DNA of 64,000 bases from an uncultured candidatus Porisulfidus sp. (GCA_965199755.1 CBDASZ010000001.1:608001-672000), one strand, 5' to 3'; positions 12,659 through 22,915 are shown, numbered from the stretch's first letter. The notes: a model not told the origin generated them from the sequence alone. A program made the numbers and translations.

Positions 12659-14056
12659 ATGAGTAGCAACTGGACCGGTTTCGCCTATCTCGTCTCCGCC
12701 GTATTTTTCATTATGGCGCTGCGTGGCCTGTCGTCGCCGACCTCGGCGCGTCAAGGTAATGTGATGGGCATTTTGGGCATGATTATTGCCGTGGTGACCA
12801 CTCTGCTGGACCCAGAGGTCATCAACTACGAAATGATCCTCAGCGGTATCGTCGTCGGCGGTGCCATCGGCACCGTGGTGGCGTTCCGCATCAATATGAC
12901 GGCGCTGCCGCAGTTGGTGGCTGCGTTCCACTCGCTGGTAGGTATGGCGGCCGTACTGGTCGCGATCGCGGCCTTCTTCAATCCGGTGGCTTATGACCTG
13001 GGAACGGTCGGCAACATTGGCGCGGCGTCTCTGGTCGAAATGAGTCTGGGCGCGGCGATCGGCGCGATCACCTTCTCGGGTTCGGTCATCGCATTCGCCA
13101 AACTGCAGGGCCTCGTCAGCGGCAACCCGGTAGTGTTCCCGCTGCAGCATCCGCTGAACGCGATTATCGGGATCGTTATTGTCGCCCTCATCGTGATGCT
13201 GGTGCAGACTCAGGACCCGACGGTGTTCTGGGCCTTGATTGCTCTGTCATTTTTGATTGGCTTTTTGATCATCATTCCGATTGGTGGCGCGGATATGCCG
13301 GTCGTGGTCTCCATGCTGAACTCTTATTCCGGCTGGGCGGCTTGCGGTATCGGTTTCACCCTCAGCAACATGGCGCTGATTATTACAGGCGCACTGGTGG
13401 GATCCTCCGGCGCGATCCTCAGTTATATCATGTGTAAAGGCATGAACCGCTCGATCTTCAATGTACTGCTTGGCGGATTCGGCGGCGATTCTGTCGCGGC
13501 GGCGGCTACCGGCGATGGTGGTGCCGCGCGTTCGGTCAAGCAGGGCAGTGCGGATGATGCCGCTTTCATCATGAGCAATGCCAGCAAGGTGATTGTGGTG
13601 CCGGGCTACGGCATGGCTGTGGCACAGGCCCAGCACGCGCTGCGGGAAATGGCGGATCTGCTGAAAGCCTCCGGCGTGGAAGTCAAATATGCGATTCATC
13701 CGGTCGCAGGACGGATGCCGGGACACATGAATGTCCTGCTGGCGGAAGCCTCCGTTCCGTACGAGGAAGTCTTCGAACTCGAAGATATCAACCATGAATT
13801 CTCCACCGCGGATGTGGCGTATGTCATTGGTGCCAATGACGTGACCAATCCGTTAGCGAAAACCGATCCGACCTCACCCATCTACGGCATGCCGATTCTG
13901 GATGTCGAGAAAGCCAGCACGACCCTGTTCGTCAAGCGCTCCATGGGTTCCGGCTACGCCGGCGTTGACAACGAACTGTTCTTCCGTGACAAGACGATGA
14001 TGCTGTTCGGCGACGCCAAGAAGATGACCGAAGAGATCGTCCAGGCACTGGGTTAA
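12659..14056 (+). CDS. pntB: NAD(P) transhydrogenase subunit beta
   Basis: LVAAFHSLVG, IGGADMPVVVSMLNSYSG, PGYGMAVAQAQH, HPVAGRMPGHMNVLLAEA. Confidence 0.97.
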   Translation: MSSNWTGFAYLVSAVFFIMALRGLSSPTSARQGNVMGILGMIIAVVTTLLDPEVINYEMILSGIVVGGAIGTVVAFRINMTALPQLVAAFHSLVGMAAVLVAIAAFFNPVAYDLGTVGNIGAASLVEMSLGAAIGAITFSGSVIAFAKLQGLVSGNPVVFPLQHPLNAIIGIVIVALIVMLVQTQDPTVFWALIALSFLIGFLIIIPIGGADMPVVVSMLNSYSGWAACGIGFTLSNMALIITGALVGSSGAILSYIMCKGMNRSIFNVLLGGFGGDSVAAAATGDGGAARSVKQGSADDAAFIMSNASKVIVVPGYGMAVAQAQHALREMADLLKASGVEVKYAIHPVAGRMPGHMNVLLAEASVPYEEVFELEDINHEFSTADVAYVIGANDVTNPLAKTDPTSPIYGMPILDVEKASTTLFVKRSMGSGYAGVDNELFFRDKTMMLFGDAKKMTEEIVQALG

Positions 14057-14069
14057 TTCGGAGTTTGGG

Positions 14070-14747
14070 TTGCGTCTGCAAACCCTGCTGAACCGACTTC
14101 GCGAGCAAAGCGCCCGTCCCTTACGAGACGGGCGTTTTGGTTGGTGGCCAGCGCGTAGCGTCTTTGAGGTGATGGTCGGTGCCATTCTCACGCAAAACAC
14201 CGCGTGGACCAATGTTGAGAAATCTATCGCGCGACTGCGCGCCGAGGGCTGCCTCAATGTAGATGCGGTGCTGGCCTTATCGCCTCAGAAACTAGCCGAA
14301 CTGATCCACCCGTCTGGCTATTACAACATCAAGCAGCAGCGCCTGCGGGCCTTGTGTCAGTGGTATCAGGAGCACGGCCCCATCCGTCGCCTGCGGAAAA
14401 TTCCCACCGAATCCCTGCGCGCACAACTGCTGTCTGTACACGGGGTCGGGCCGGAGACCGCCGATGATATTTTGCTGTACGCCTTGGGTCGACCGGTCTT
14501 CGTCGTGGATGCCTACACGCGTCGCTTGCTGGCGCGCCTTGGTGAAGTCGCGCCGGACATTGGCTATGAAGACCTGCGTCAGCGCTTTGAGCGTGAATTG
14601 CCGGTGGATCCGGCCTTGTATAACGAATACCATGCGCGAATCGTGTTGCATGCCAAGCATATTTGCACGGCGCGCGAGCCGCAGTGTGGAAAGTGTCACC
14701 TGCGCAGAGACTGCGCTTACGCGCAGCAGAAGGACAAGACTTTATGA
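14070..14747 (+). CDS. Endonuclease III-related HhH-GPD DNA glycosylase
   Basis: GAILTQNTAWTNVE, GVGPETADDILLY, FVVDAY, C-x6-C-x2-C-x5-C Fe-S motif. Confidence 0.88.
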   Translation: MRLQTLLNRLREQSARPLRDGRFGWWPARSVFEVMVGAILTQNTAWTNVEKSIARLRAEGCLNVDAVLALSPQKLAELIHPSGYYNIKQQRLRALCQWYQEHGPIRRLRKIPTESLRAQLLSVHGVGPETADDILLYALGRPVFVVDAYTRRLLARLGEVAPDIGYEDLRQRFERELPVDPALYNEYHARIVLHAKHICTAREPQCGKCHLRRDCAYAQQKDKTL

Positions 14748-15506
14748 GGGATTCAGGGACACCACACGGCCAGTGACACCGCGGCTGTCGGAGCCCAGAA
14801 AATACACGAACGCATCGACAATATCCGCCGCACTGGCGTGTACGCTGCCCGCTTCGCCGGGATAATTCTGCCGCCGCATTCGGGTCTCGACTGGCCCGGG
14901 GTCAATGCCGTTGACCCGAATCGTGTGATCGCCATCGAGTTCCTCAACCAGAATACCAAGCAAGCCGTCAAGCCCGGCCTTGGCCACACCATAGGCACCC
15001 CAATAGGCATGGCGTGCGTAACGATCAAGCGTGAAGAGCAGGCACGGATCCGGGGCTTGATCCAGCAGTGGCAGGCAGGCTTGCGTCAATAACCAGGGTG
15101 CCAGCAGATTGACGCGCATCAAGCGGGTGAAGTCAGTGGCTTCAGCCAGACGCAAGGGACGCAGCCCGCCGACCAGTCCGGCATTGTTAAGCAAGCCGTC
15201 AAGACGCCCGAAATCAGTCTCAATGCGCTGCGCCATTTCGGCGAAGTCTTCCACGGTCGCGCCAGCAAGATCCAGCGGATAAATCGCGGGCTCTGGGCCG
15301 CCGGCAGCGACGATGCGGTCATAGATTGCTTCCAGTCTTGGGATGTCTCGCGCCAGCAAGATGACGGTCGCGCCGGATCGCGCGCAGGCGCAGGCGACTT
15401 CGCTGCCGATGCCGGAACTCGCGCCGGTGATTAAAACGGTGCGTTGTGCGAGTGCGTCAGGCGTGGTCAGAAAGGCCGACGCATCGGCATATTCAGCGGG
15501 GATCAT
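14742..15506 (-). CDS. YciK-like short-chain dehydrogenase/reductase
   Basis: TGASSGIG, NNAG, YWGAYGVAK (YxxxK), PGPVETRMR. Confidence 0.88.
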   Translation of the reverse strand: MIPAEYADASAFLTTPDALAQRTVLITGASSGIGSEVACACARSGATVILLARDIPRLEAIYDRIVAAGGPEPAIYPLDLAGATVEDFAEMAQRIETDFGRLDGLLNNAGLVGGLRPLRLAEATDFTRLMRVNLLAPWLLTQACLPLLDQAPDPCLLFTLDRYARHAYWGAYGVAKAGLDGLLGILVEELDGDHTIRVNGIDPGPVETRMRRQNYPGEAGSVHASAADIVDAFVYFLGSDSRGVTGRVVSLNPS

Positions 15507-16629
15507 CCTTATCGTCCGCTGCCGCAGACAGACTGCGCGGCACCTGATCGATGGGGTCCAAGTCGGGGACTTCTTTCTTTGTAGGCACACCCAGTTCCTG
15601 AAACTTGCGGGTGGTCGGCAGAATGCGGGTCTCCCATGTGCCGATCATTTTGTTGTAGTTTTCAATGCTGCCGCTCAAAGTTCTACGTAACTTCGACATA
15701 TGTTCACTGAAGGCAGCTACGCGATCATACAATTCCTGACCCAGCGTGCGAATCTGTTCCGCGCCTTCGGCGAGTTTCTTCTGGTTCCAGCCGTAGGCCA
15801 CCGCGCGCAGGATGGCCATCAGACTGCTTGGGGTGGTCAGCAGCACACGCTGCTGCAGCGCGAAGTCCATTAACTCCGGGTCGTGCTCCAGCGCGGCATT
15901 CAGAAACTGATCACCGGGCAGAAACATAACGACAAAATCCAGCGCTTCCTCGTGCGAGAAATTGCTGGCATAATCCTTGCCAGCCAGATCCTTGACCATC
16001 GCGCGCACCGCCTCGGCGTAACGCACCATCAAGGCTTTTTGCTGGCTTTGTTCGGTCTCCCGATAGGCATCCTGATACAACTGCAGCGGCGCCTTGGCAT
16101 CAATCGGAAGCACCCGGCTCTCCGGTAGGCGCACCACCACATCCGGGCGTCGGCCCTGATGCTGTTCCTGCTCATAGAAGTCAACATGCCGGGTCATGCC
16201 AGCGAGTTCAATGACGCGACGCAGCGTGACCTCGCCATAAGAGCCGCGCACTTCGGGGCGAGACAGCGCCTGTGACAGATTTTGCGTCTCCCGCCGCAGC
16301 GCTTCCTGCGCTGCCACCGCATCATGCATCTGTTGCGTCAGTTTGCCGTAGGCCGTGTTGCGATCGCGCTCAATGTCGGTCATCTGTTCTTGTGTTTTCT
16401 GCAGCATGTCGCGCACGGGCTTGAGCGAGTGCTCCAGCTTTTCATGCTGTACGCCGGCATTGCGATCCAGCGCTTCCGCGGAGAGCGCGGCGAAACTTTC
16501 ACGCAGGCTCTGGTTGAACTGGTTCATTTGCGCCTGATCCCGGCGCTGTGAGACCCACAGCCCGATAATGACGCCGATAGACAGTCCCATCACAAACATC
16601 ATCAGCCAGATCCAGGAGCTCATGGTCAT
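15493..16629 (-). CDS. rmuC: DNA recombination protein RmuC
   Basis: N-terminal TM, coiled coil, RGSYGEVTL, RPDVVVRLP, IDAKAPL, DFVVMFLPG. Confidence 0.93.
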   Translation of the reverse strand: MTMSSWIWLMMFVMGLSIGVIIGLWVSQRRDQAQMNQFNQSLRESFAALSAEALDRNAGVQHEKLEHSLKPVRDMLQKTQEQMTDIERDRNTAYGKLTQQMHDAVAAQEALRRETQNLSQALSRPEVRGSYGEVTLRRVIELAGMTRHVDFYEQEQHQGRRPDVVVRLPESRVLPIDAKAPLQLYQDAYRETEQSQQKALMVRYAEAVRAMVKDLAGKDYASNFSHEEALDFVVMFLPGDQFLNAALEHDPELMDFALQQRVLLTTPSSLMAILRAVAYGWNQKKLAEGAEQIRTLGQELYDRVAAFSEHMSKLRRTLSGSIENYNKMIGTWETRILPTTRKFQELGVPTKKEVPDLDPIDQVPRSLSAAADDKDDPR

Positions 16630-17294
16630 TCTCCCAACAAAGCGATCAGTTCTTGCGGATGCTGGATGATGGCATCGCTGCCCCAGGATTCCAGATCCGC
16701 GTACGGCTCAATATAACCGAATGCTGCGGCGACACCGATCATGCCGGCTGCGGCCGCCGCCTGCATGTCGCGCGGGTCATCTCCCACATACATGCAGGAA
16801 CTGGGTTCAATGCCCGCCTGGCGCGCCGCTTCGAGCAATTGATCCGGGTGCGGTTTGCGTCGCGACAGCGAGTCTCCTCCCAGAATGCACACTGGCGCGT
16901 ATGGCAGCGGCAGCGCTTCGGCGACCGCCACGACCAGAGATTCCATCTTGTTGCTAATGATGCCCCAAGGCAGGGCGCGGCGCTCAATCTCCGCCAGCAC
17001 CTCATCCATACCCTCGAACAGCACAGAGTGCTCGCAAGGAGCGGCGGCATAGCGTCTCAGAAGTTCCGCGAGTAGGACGTCCTCGAATCCTTCATCGAGT
17101 TCTCCGAAGCCGAGCCGGATCAGTACACGGGCACCTTTTGATACCTGATTGCGCACAGTGTCATAGTCCACTGGTGGCAAGCCTTCATCCTGAAGCAGGC
17201 TGTTGAGCAATGGCACAACATCACGGGCGGTGTCCGCCAATGTGCCGTCCATATCAAGAAACACGCCGCGAATATCGGCGAAAGCTGCGGACAT
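16626..17294 (-). CDS. HAD phosphatase (Gph/MupP-like)
   Basis: DMDGTLAD, SNK, RKPHP, YVGDDPRD; follows ubiG as is typical. Confidence 0.88.
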   Translation of the reverse strand: MSAAFADIRGVFLDMDGTLADTARDVVPLLNSLLQDEGLPPVDYDTVRNQVSKGARVLIRLGFGELDEGFEDVLLAELLRRYAAAPCEHSVLFEGMDEVLAEIERRALPWGIISNKMESLVVAVAEALPLPYAPVCILGGDSLSRRKPHPDQLLEAARQAGIEPSSCMYVGDDPRDMQAAAAAGMIGVAAAFGYIEPYADLESWGSDAIIQHPQELIALLGE

Positions 17295-17328
17295 AACAGA
17301 TCCGTGAGTGTGGCAGCGCTGTGTGCTT

Positions 17329-18030
17329 TCAGAGGCGTTGCAGCCGCATCAGATAATTGGCCTGAATGGAGGCACAGAAATTGGTTTGGCGCGTGAGCGG
17401 ATTGTAGGTCATGCCCTGAATATGCTGCACTGTCAGCCCGGCCTGGCGCGCCGAGCGAGCCAGTTCGGAAGGCCGAATGAAGCGATCGTAGCGATGGGTG
17501 CCAATCTCCAGCAACTGCAGCAGATATTCGGCGCCGAGAATAAGCAGCGCAAACGCCATAGCCGTGCGATTGATGGTCGCGATCACCAGATGGCCGCCGG
17601 GACGCAGGGCGCGGGCGCAATCTGACAGCAGTGCCGGGACGTCCGGCACATGCTCCAGCAACTCCATGCACACCACCAGATCGAAGACTCCAGAGTGTTC
17701 TTCAGCGAAGCCGCGTGCGTCTTGCTGAATGTAGTTGACCGACAAGTTCTCCGGCAGATGCGCGCGGGCCTGATACAGCGCGTGGCCGGATAAGTCCAGA
17801 CCGGTGACCTGAGCGCCGTGCCGCGCCATGGCTTCAGACAGAATGCCACCGCCGCAGCCGATGTCGAGCACTCGCGCCTGCTGCAGTGAGCGGGTGTCCA
17901 TCAGATACTGCAATCGTATGGGGTTGATGGCGTGGAGCAGGCGCATCGAACCCTGCAGATCCCACCAGTCCAGCGCGGGCTGGTCGAAATGGGTCAGTTC
18001 GACCGGGTCAAAGTTGACCGCGGTGCTCAC
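17329..18030 (-). CDS. ubiG: Ubiquinone biosynthesis O-methyltransferase
   Basis: NFDPVEL..WWD..LHAINPIR, LDIGCGGGILSE, CMELLEHVPD, GTHRYDRFIRPSEL; GTG start at 18030. Confidence 0.93.
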   Translation of the reverse strand: MSTAVNFDPVELTHFDQPALDWWDLQGSMRLLHAINPIRLQYLMDTRSLQQARVLDIGCGGGILSEAMARHGAQVTGLDLSGHALYQARAHLPENLSVNYIQQDARGFAEEHSGVFDLVVCMELLEHVPDVPALLSDCARALRPGGHLVIATINRTAMAFALLILGAEYLLQLLEIGTHRYDRFIRPSELARSARQAGLTVQHIQGMTYNPLTRQTNFCASIQANYLMRLQRL

Positions 18031-19225
18031 AGTTCTTTGATGAATTGAAGCCAGCCTTGTGCTTCGGAGGCGGATTTCTTGCTTTTCACCGCGGCCGTCA
18101 AAGCCTTTACTGCCAGTTTGGTCTTGCCTTGTTCGTAGGCGCAAATGCCTCCCAGCAGATGATAGGGGCCGGGATCCTTGGGCTTGTGGCGCAATCCCAT
18201 GTGGGCGCTTTCCTCGCAGTTCTGCCACCTGGCGTTTTGTGCGTATAGCCGGCCCAGTCGCAGCCAGTCCTTGGGTTTTTTGTCCAGTTCCGCCACGCGG
18301 GTCAGGGGGGGTAGGCGCGGTCAAACTCGCGCGCGGCCACCCACGAGTTACCAAGCAGTTTCCAGTTGCGCACGTTTTTTGTGACCTGATTGCGTTTAAT
18401 GCCGTCTTCGAGAACTTGCGCGGCCAGCCACGGAATATCCCGCAATCGCATCAATTGCGCGAGCAGCACCAGATCCTCATTGCGCTTTAGCAAGCCTTGC
18501 GCGTAGGCCAGGCGCAACACGGACAGTGCCTGTGCTTCCCGATTGCGCTCCATATGCACTTGCGCCAGCTGTTTCCAGAACGGGGCGTTCTTCGGGTATT
18601 GCATGATGGCTTCTTCGAGCAATCCCTGCAAGGCGTTCCAGTCGGTTTGCCTCAGGTAGATGCCGCCCAGGAACTGATATTGTCCCTGCGTCAGTTTGCT
18701 GGTAGCTTCGCGGCCCATGTCGGCGTACCTGCGCGCATTGCGAAGGCTGTTGAGCTCTAGATGCGCGAAGGCGATCATAAAGAAGGCATTGGCAGGCGGG
18801 TTTTTCTCGTCACGCAGCCAGATTTCCAGAGTTTTGATGGCGTCCCGGTAGCGTCCGGTTTGGCTGTACATCTGCGCCAGGTTGTAGCGCACCTGACGTG
18901 CGCGGGCATCCATGATATGGCCGCTCGCCAGCGCCGCTTCCATGGGAGCGATCGCATCCTTGTAGCGCTCCAGCTGCAACAGAATGTCGGCTTTCAGCAA
19001 CAGACCCTGTGCGCGCTCATGTTCCTTGATGCGCGACTTGAGTAGTCGATCGGTCGCGCGCAGGGCTTCTTCCGGCTTGTTGGTGTCGCGCAACTCGTGG
19101 ATTTCCGTGAGTCTGCGGAAGACTTTCTCGGAGACGGTGGCTGCAAGTATGGGGGAACTGACGAGAGCCAGAGCCAGCACAGCGGTGAGCAGGCGAACGC
19201 AGCGCACTTCAGTTCTCCAGCTCAA
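18027..19225 (-). pseudogene. TPR-repeat protein of the TonB2 operon, frameshifted at a C7 tract
   Basis: ORFs 18302-19225 and 18027-18296 are both TPR-like and join in frame (RAYPP-LTRVAELDKK) if one C is added to the run at 18305-18311. Confidence 0.8.
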
Positions 19226-19829
19226 ATTTGAGCACGACCCGCACTCCGGGACGTTCCTGAACCGTTCCCTCGATCATCTGCGGCTTGTACTTCCACTTGC
19301 GGATCGCCTTGACCGCAGCGCGACTGAAGACCCCGGACGGCTGTTCCTTGACGATCTGAATGTCCTTGGTGGCACCAGTTTTGGTGATGGTGAACATGAC
19401 TTCCACCCAGCCTTCGGTGCCGCGGCGAGAGGCGCGGCTCGGATAAGTGGGCGTCACCCGCAGGGTCGGGACCGGATCGCGGGTCGCCGTCAGGCCTCCC
19501 ATTCCGCCGGCTTGCTGCAGGTTTAGATCAAATGGCGTGGCGGAAGCAAAACCTATCGCATCCGGGTTGATGCTTTCGTTTTGTATAGACTGGTTTTGCG
19601 GCACATCCGGTCTCTTGCGCGGCTCGGTCTTGCGCGGCATTTCCTTTTTGGTCTTGGTCAGCTTGCGCTCTTCCAGACTCACAAAATCAAACTGAACGGC
19701 ATCCGTCACGCGGTTGATGCCAACCGTGCTCGATAGAATCAGATAATTGATCAGAGTAAACAGCGCGAATGTGGCACCGATCGCAAACACCGAGAGAATG
19801 GGTGCGCGGACCAGAGGATGCTGTTTCAT
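19209..19829 (-). CDS. tonB: Energy transducer TonB
   Basis: N-terminal TM, PTYPSRASRRGTEGWVEVMFTI..AVKAIRKWKYKP. Confidence 0.93.
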   Translation of the reverse strand: MKQHPLVRAPILSVFAIGATFALFTLINYLILSSTVGINRVTDAVQFDFVSLEERKLTKTKKEMPRKTEPRKRPDVPQNQSIQNESINPDAIGFASATPFDLNLQQAGGMGGLTATRDPVPTLRVTPTYPSRASRRGTEGWVEVMFTITKTGATKDIQIVKEQPSGVFSRAAVKAIRKWKYKPQMIEGTVQERPGVRVVLKFELEN

Positions 19830-20233
19830 TTGTCCGGGCTGGCAGCCAAGGCGATTTTCGCGACCCCCGCTTGTCGGACCTGATCCATAACTTTAACCAG
19901 CATTTCATTGCGCGAGTCACGGTCGGCCTGAATGACCACGCCGCCTTGCGGATTTTCTGCCATCAGGCGCAGTACATTGGCGCGCACTGCCAGTGCGTCC
20001 ACTTCACGATGATTGATCCAGATGCGGTCATCTTCGGTGATGCCGATCAGGACGGTGGTCTGGCTTTGCACCACCGCGGTGGATGCTTGCGGGCGATCAA
20101 TCTCAATCCCGGATTCCTTGACAAACGAGGCTGTCACGATGAAGAAGATCAACATGATGAAGACGATGTCAATCAGCGGGGTGATGTCCACTCCCTCATC
20201 TTCCTGGGGCGGGCGGCGGCGGATAATGCGCAT
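19826..20233 (-). CDS. exbD: Biopolymer transport protein ExbD
   Basis: DITPLIDIVFIMLIFFIVTASF, VIQAD, VMDQVRQAG. Confidence 0.95.
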   Translation of the reverse strand: MRIIRRRPPQEDEGVDITPLIDIVFIMLIFFIVTASFVKESGIEIDRPQASTAVVQSQTTVLIGITEDDRIWINHREVDALAVRANVLRLMAENPQGGVVIQADRDSRNEMLVKVMDQVRQAGVAKIALAASPDK

Positions 20234-20248
20234 GGCGGGCTCCGTCGA

Positions 20249-20803
20249 TCAGATGTTGTGGTGGGAACGGTGGTGCATGTGCTCAGGCAGCATCAGATGT
20301 TCGCGCAGGGTCAGATTTTCGCGCTTGATGCGATTCTCAAACATGTTTATAAAGTAATAACCGGACAGCGCGATGACCAGTCCCGCCATGGTCGGCAGGG
20401 TGGCGTGCGCAATGCCGGAAGATAGCGCGCGCGCGCTATTGGAGCCGGTGATAGACAACGACTCGAAGACCTCAATCATGCCGGTGATGGTGCCGAGCAG
20501 ACCGAGCAGGGGGCAGATCATGATCAGCCCTTTGATAGCCAGCAGTCCGCTGGTGGCCAAAGTCTGCGCTTCACTGAGCCATTGCCGGCGCAGCCATATC
20601 GCTTCGTCCGGTGTGTAGTCTTCCAACTCCTCCTGCCGGTGCGCATCCTTTTGATAGTGATGCGGCCCGTACAGGAACCACAGTCGGTCAAGAATGAACC
20701 ACCACAGCAAAAACGCCACGCCAAACAGGACGACCAGCACATCGCCGCCAGAGAAGAGCAGGTCTTCTATCTCGCGGTAGAGTTGCAGTACGAAATCCAC
20801 CAT
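20249..20803 (-). CDS. exbB: MotA/TolQ/ExbB proton channel (short ExbB)
   Basis: CPLLGLLGTITGMIEVF, GIAHATLPTMAGL. Confidence 0.9.
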   Translation of the reverse strand: MVDFVLQLYREIEDLLFSGGDVLVVLFGVAFLLWWFILDRLWFLYGPHHYQKDAHRQEELEDYTPDEAIWLRRQWLSEAQTLATSGLLAIKGLIMICPLLGLLGTITGMIEVFESLSITGSNSARALSSGIAHATLPTMAGLVIALSGYYFINMFENRIKRENLTLREHLMLPEHMHHRSHHNI

Positions 20804-20804
20804 A

Positions 20805-22139
20805 TCAATTCTGCGCCCGCGTCAGCAGTCCCAGACTTTGCTCTTCCACAATCTGGCGAATGCGTATGCTGTAAGAGCGTGCCGCAGTGAGCAGCAACAG
20901 GATCGGAATCGCAGCACTCAGGCCCAGTGCAGTGGTGATCAGTGCCTGACTGATGCCGCCGGCCATCATGCGCGGCTCACCGGTGCCGAACAGGGTAATG
21001 TCCTGAAAGGTCTGAATCATGCCGGTGACGGTGCCAAGCAGACCCAGCAAGGGCGCGATGGCGGCCAATACCCGCAACATGCCCAGACCCCAGTTGAGCT
21101 TCGGCAATTCTTCGCTGATTTCCTTATGCACCCGATCTTCGCGTGCCTCTGGATCCATATCGTGGCTACTACAGTCGTGGTAGACCCGCGCGATGCGGCC
21201 CAGAGCGTTGTTGTCGTGCGGCTGGCTCAAGTCCTTCTGCTGCTTGTGGATGCGGATAAGGTGCATCTTCAGGGCAATGCCGCGGAACAGCGCAAACAGC
21301 ACACCAAAGATACCGATCACGATGATCAGATAGCCGATGATGCCCCCTTGATGAATGCGCTCCATCACGGTCGGTGCGTCAGTCAGCAGTGACAGGATCG
21401 CGCCGCGTGAGGGGTCGATGATGGTCATCGGATAGTTTTCTTCAGAAGTCTCCATATCAGCGACGATGTTGCGGAAGCGACCGCGCGGCTGGCGCGGCAA
21501 AACACGCAATTCGCGGGCATCTTCCGCCGGGCTGAGAAATTCATCGCCGGCACTCGCGGTGAAAGGTCCGGTGCGCACCACCATGGTGTCCATGAAGGTG
21601 CCGTCCGGGCGCGTGACCTTGGCCGGGAACCGCACCGTCTTGCCTTGCTCATTCGCTTCGTTGAGCGCGTGATACAGCAAGGCTTGCATGTCGGCCAGTG
21701 AGAAGGAGTGATCGTCATCACTTAAAGGTTCCATTTCCGCAATGCGGTCTGGCAACTGTGCGCTGATAATGGATTGCGAGAACTGCTCACGCAATTCCAC
21801 CGCCCAGAGTTTGGCGGTCGCGTAGACTTCCTTGTAGTGAGCGGTGAGCTGATCGATTTTCGCGCGCTTGTCCAGCATGCTCTTCTCACCTTTGCGGAAA
21901 GCCTTCTCCATGTCATCGCTGAGTTTTTCTTCCGCCTTGATTTTGCTCTGCACATCCTTGAGCAGGGCCTTGCGTTCATCAGCCATGTTGCGGAAGCGCT
22001 GCAGGCGTTCCTGAATTTCCTGACTTTCGCGAATCTGGTCGCTCCTCATCTGTTGCAGCAGGGTGTCAAGACTGCCGGCATGCGCACTGTACACCAGACT
22101 TGCCGCGGTGATGAAGAGAAAGAGGCGAGCGCGGATCAT
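20805..22139 (-). CDS. Long ExbB-family protein (TtpC-like)
   Basis: Signal peptide + coiled coil, IDPSRG, APLLGLLGTVTGMIQTF, AGGISQALITT. Confidence 0.88.
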   Translation of the reverse strand: MIRARLFLFITAASLVYSAHAGSLDTLLQQMRSDQIRESQEIQERLQRFRNMADERKALLKDVQSKIKAEEKLSDDMEKAFRKGEKSMLDKRAKIDQLTAHYKEVYATAKLWAVELREQFSQSIISAQLPDRIAEMEPLSDDDHSFSLADMQALLYHALNEANEQGKTVRFPAKVTRPDGTFMDTMVVRTGPFTASAGDEFLSPAEDARELRVLPRQPRGRFRNIVADMETSEENYPMTIIDPSRGAILSLLTDAPTVMERIHQGGIIGYLIIVIGIFGVLFALFRGIALKMHLIRIHKQQKDLSQPHDNNALGRIARVYHDCSSHDMDPEAREDRVHKEISEELPKLNWGLGMLRVLAAIAPLLGLLGTVTGMIQTFQDITLFGTGEPRMMAGGISQALITTALGLSAAIPILLLLTAARSYSIRIRQIVEEQSLGLLTRAQN

Positions 22140-22915
22140 GGCGTGTTCCCCTCAGGTTGCGGCACCGGCAGCGTCAGCAGGTCCGGCGCGGCTTGTTTCT
22201 TGGCCATGCGGATGGCGTTCTGCACATGACGCGCGATGCCTTCCGTCTCATCCCAGCCCGCCGTGTTACGGTTCCAGACGAAGACCCGTTCGCGGTCACC
22301 GGAGATTGAGTAGAGGCCGATGCGCCCGACGCGCAACACGGTTACGGAGCGGGTTTCCCCATCCAGCTCTAGCGTGTCCGAATAACTCTCCAAAGTACGG
22401 CCGTAATCCAGTTCGATCTGAATGGCTTCGTACAGGCTGCGGTATTTCGAGGCCAGCGTGACTTCCGGGTCATCCAGAATATGGCGCAACTGCCCCAGCA
22501 GATCTTTGCGCTTCTGTTGCAGAAACGGCAGGTCCTGCTCGATGAACAGGTTCAGCGAACTGTACATATCTTCCATCAATGGCACGATCTTGCGATCCAG
22601 TCGCCCGGTGGTCTGAATGCGCTCATCCAGTTCGGCAAGCGTGGCGTCTTGCTCGTCACGCAGCGCCTTCAGTTGTTTGTTATAGTTTTGCAGTCCTTCC
22701 AGCTCAAGCAGATGAGCGCGATATTCGGCAAAATGCTTTTGCGCCTCGTCGTCGAGTTTCTCAATTTGCCGCTGGGCTGATGCCTGGCGATCCGTCGAAG
22801 TTTGCGCGACGCGGTTGAGCTCGTGCCAATCGGCAGCTAAAGCGGTGCCGCTAAGCAGACAGATGAGTGAGACAGTGAAGGGCCATCGTCGAGGGGGGGA
22901 GTGAAGGGTACGCAT
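22136..22915 (-). CDS. DUF3450-family periplasmic protein of TonB2 operons
   Basis: Signal peptide, coiled coil, IVPLM..DLPF..ELDYGR..LRVGRIGL..APDLLTLP. Confidence 0.85.
   Translation of the reverse strand: MRTLHSPPRRWPFTVSLICLLSGTALAADWHELNRVAQTSTDRQASAQRQIEKLDDEAQKHFAEYRAHLLELEGLQNYNKQLKALRDEQDATLAELDERIQTTGRLDRKIVPLMEDMYSSLNLFIEQDLPFLQQKRKDLLGQLRHILDDPEVTLASKYRSLYEAIQIELDYGRTLESYSDTLELDGETRSVTVLRVGRIGLYSISGDRERVFVWNRNTAGWDETEGIARHVQNAIRMAKKQAAPDLLTLPVPQPEGNTP

Noticed and set aside
18031-18354. 107-aa N-terminal extension on UbiG in the ORF track
   Set aside because: It overlaps the TPR C-terminal half in another frame; the GTG at 18030 gives a normal-length UbiG.
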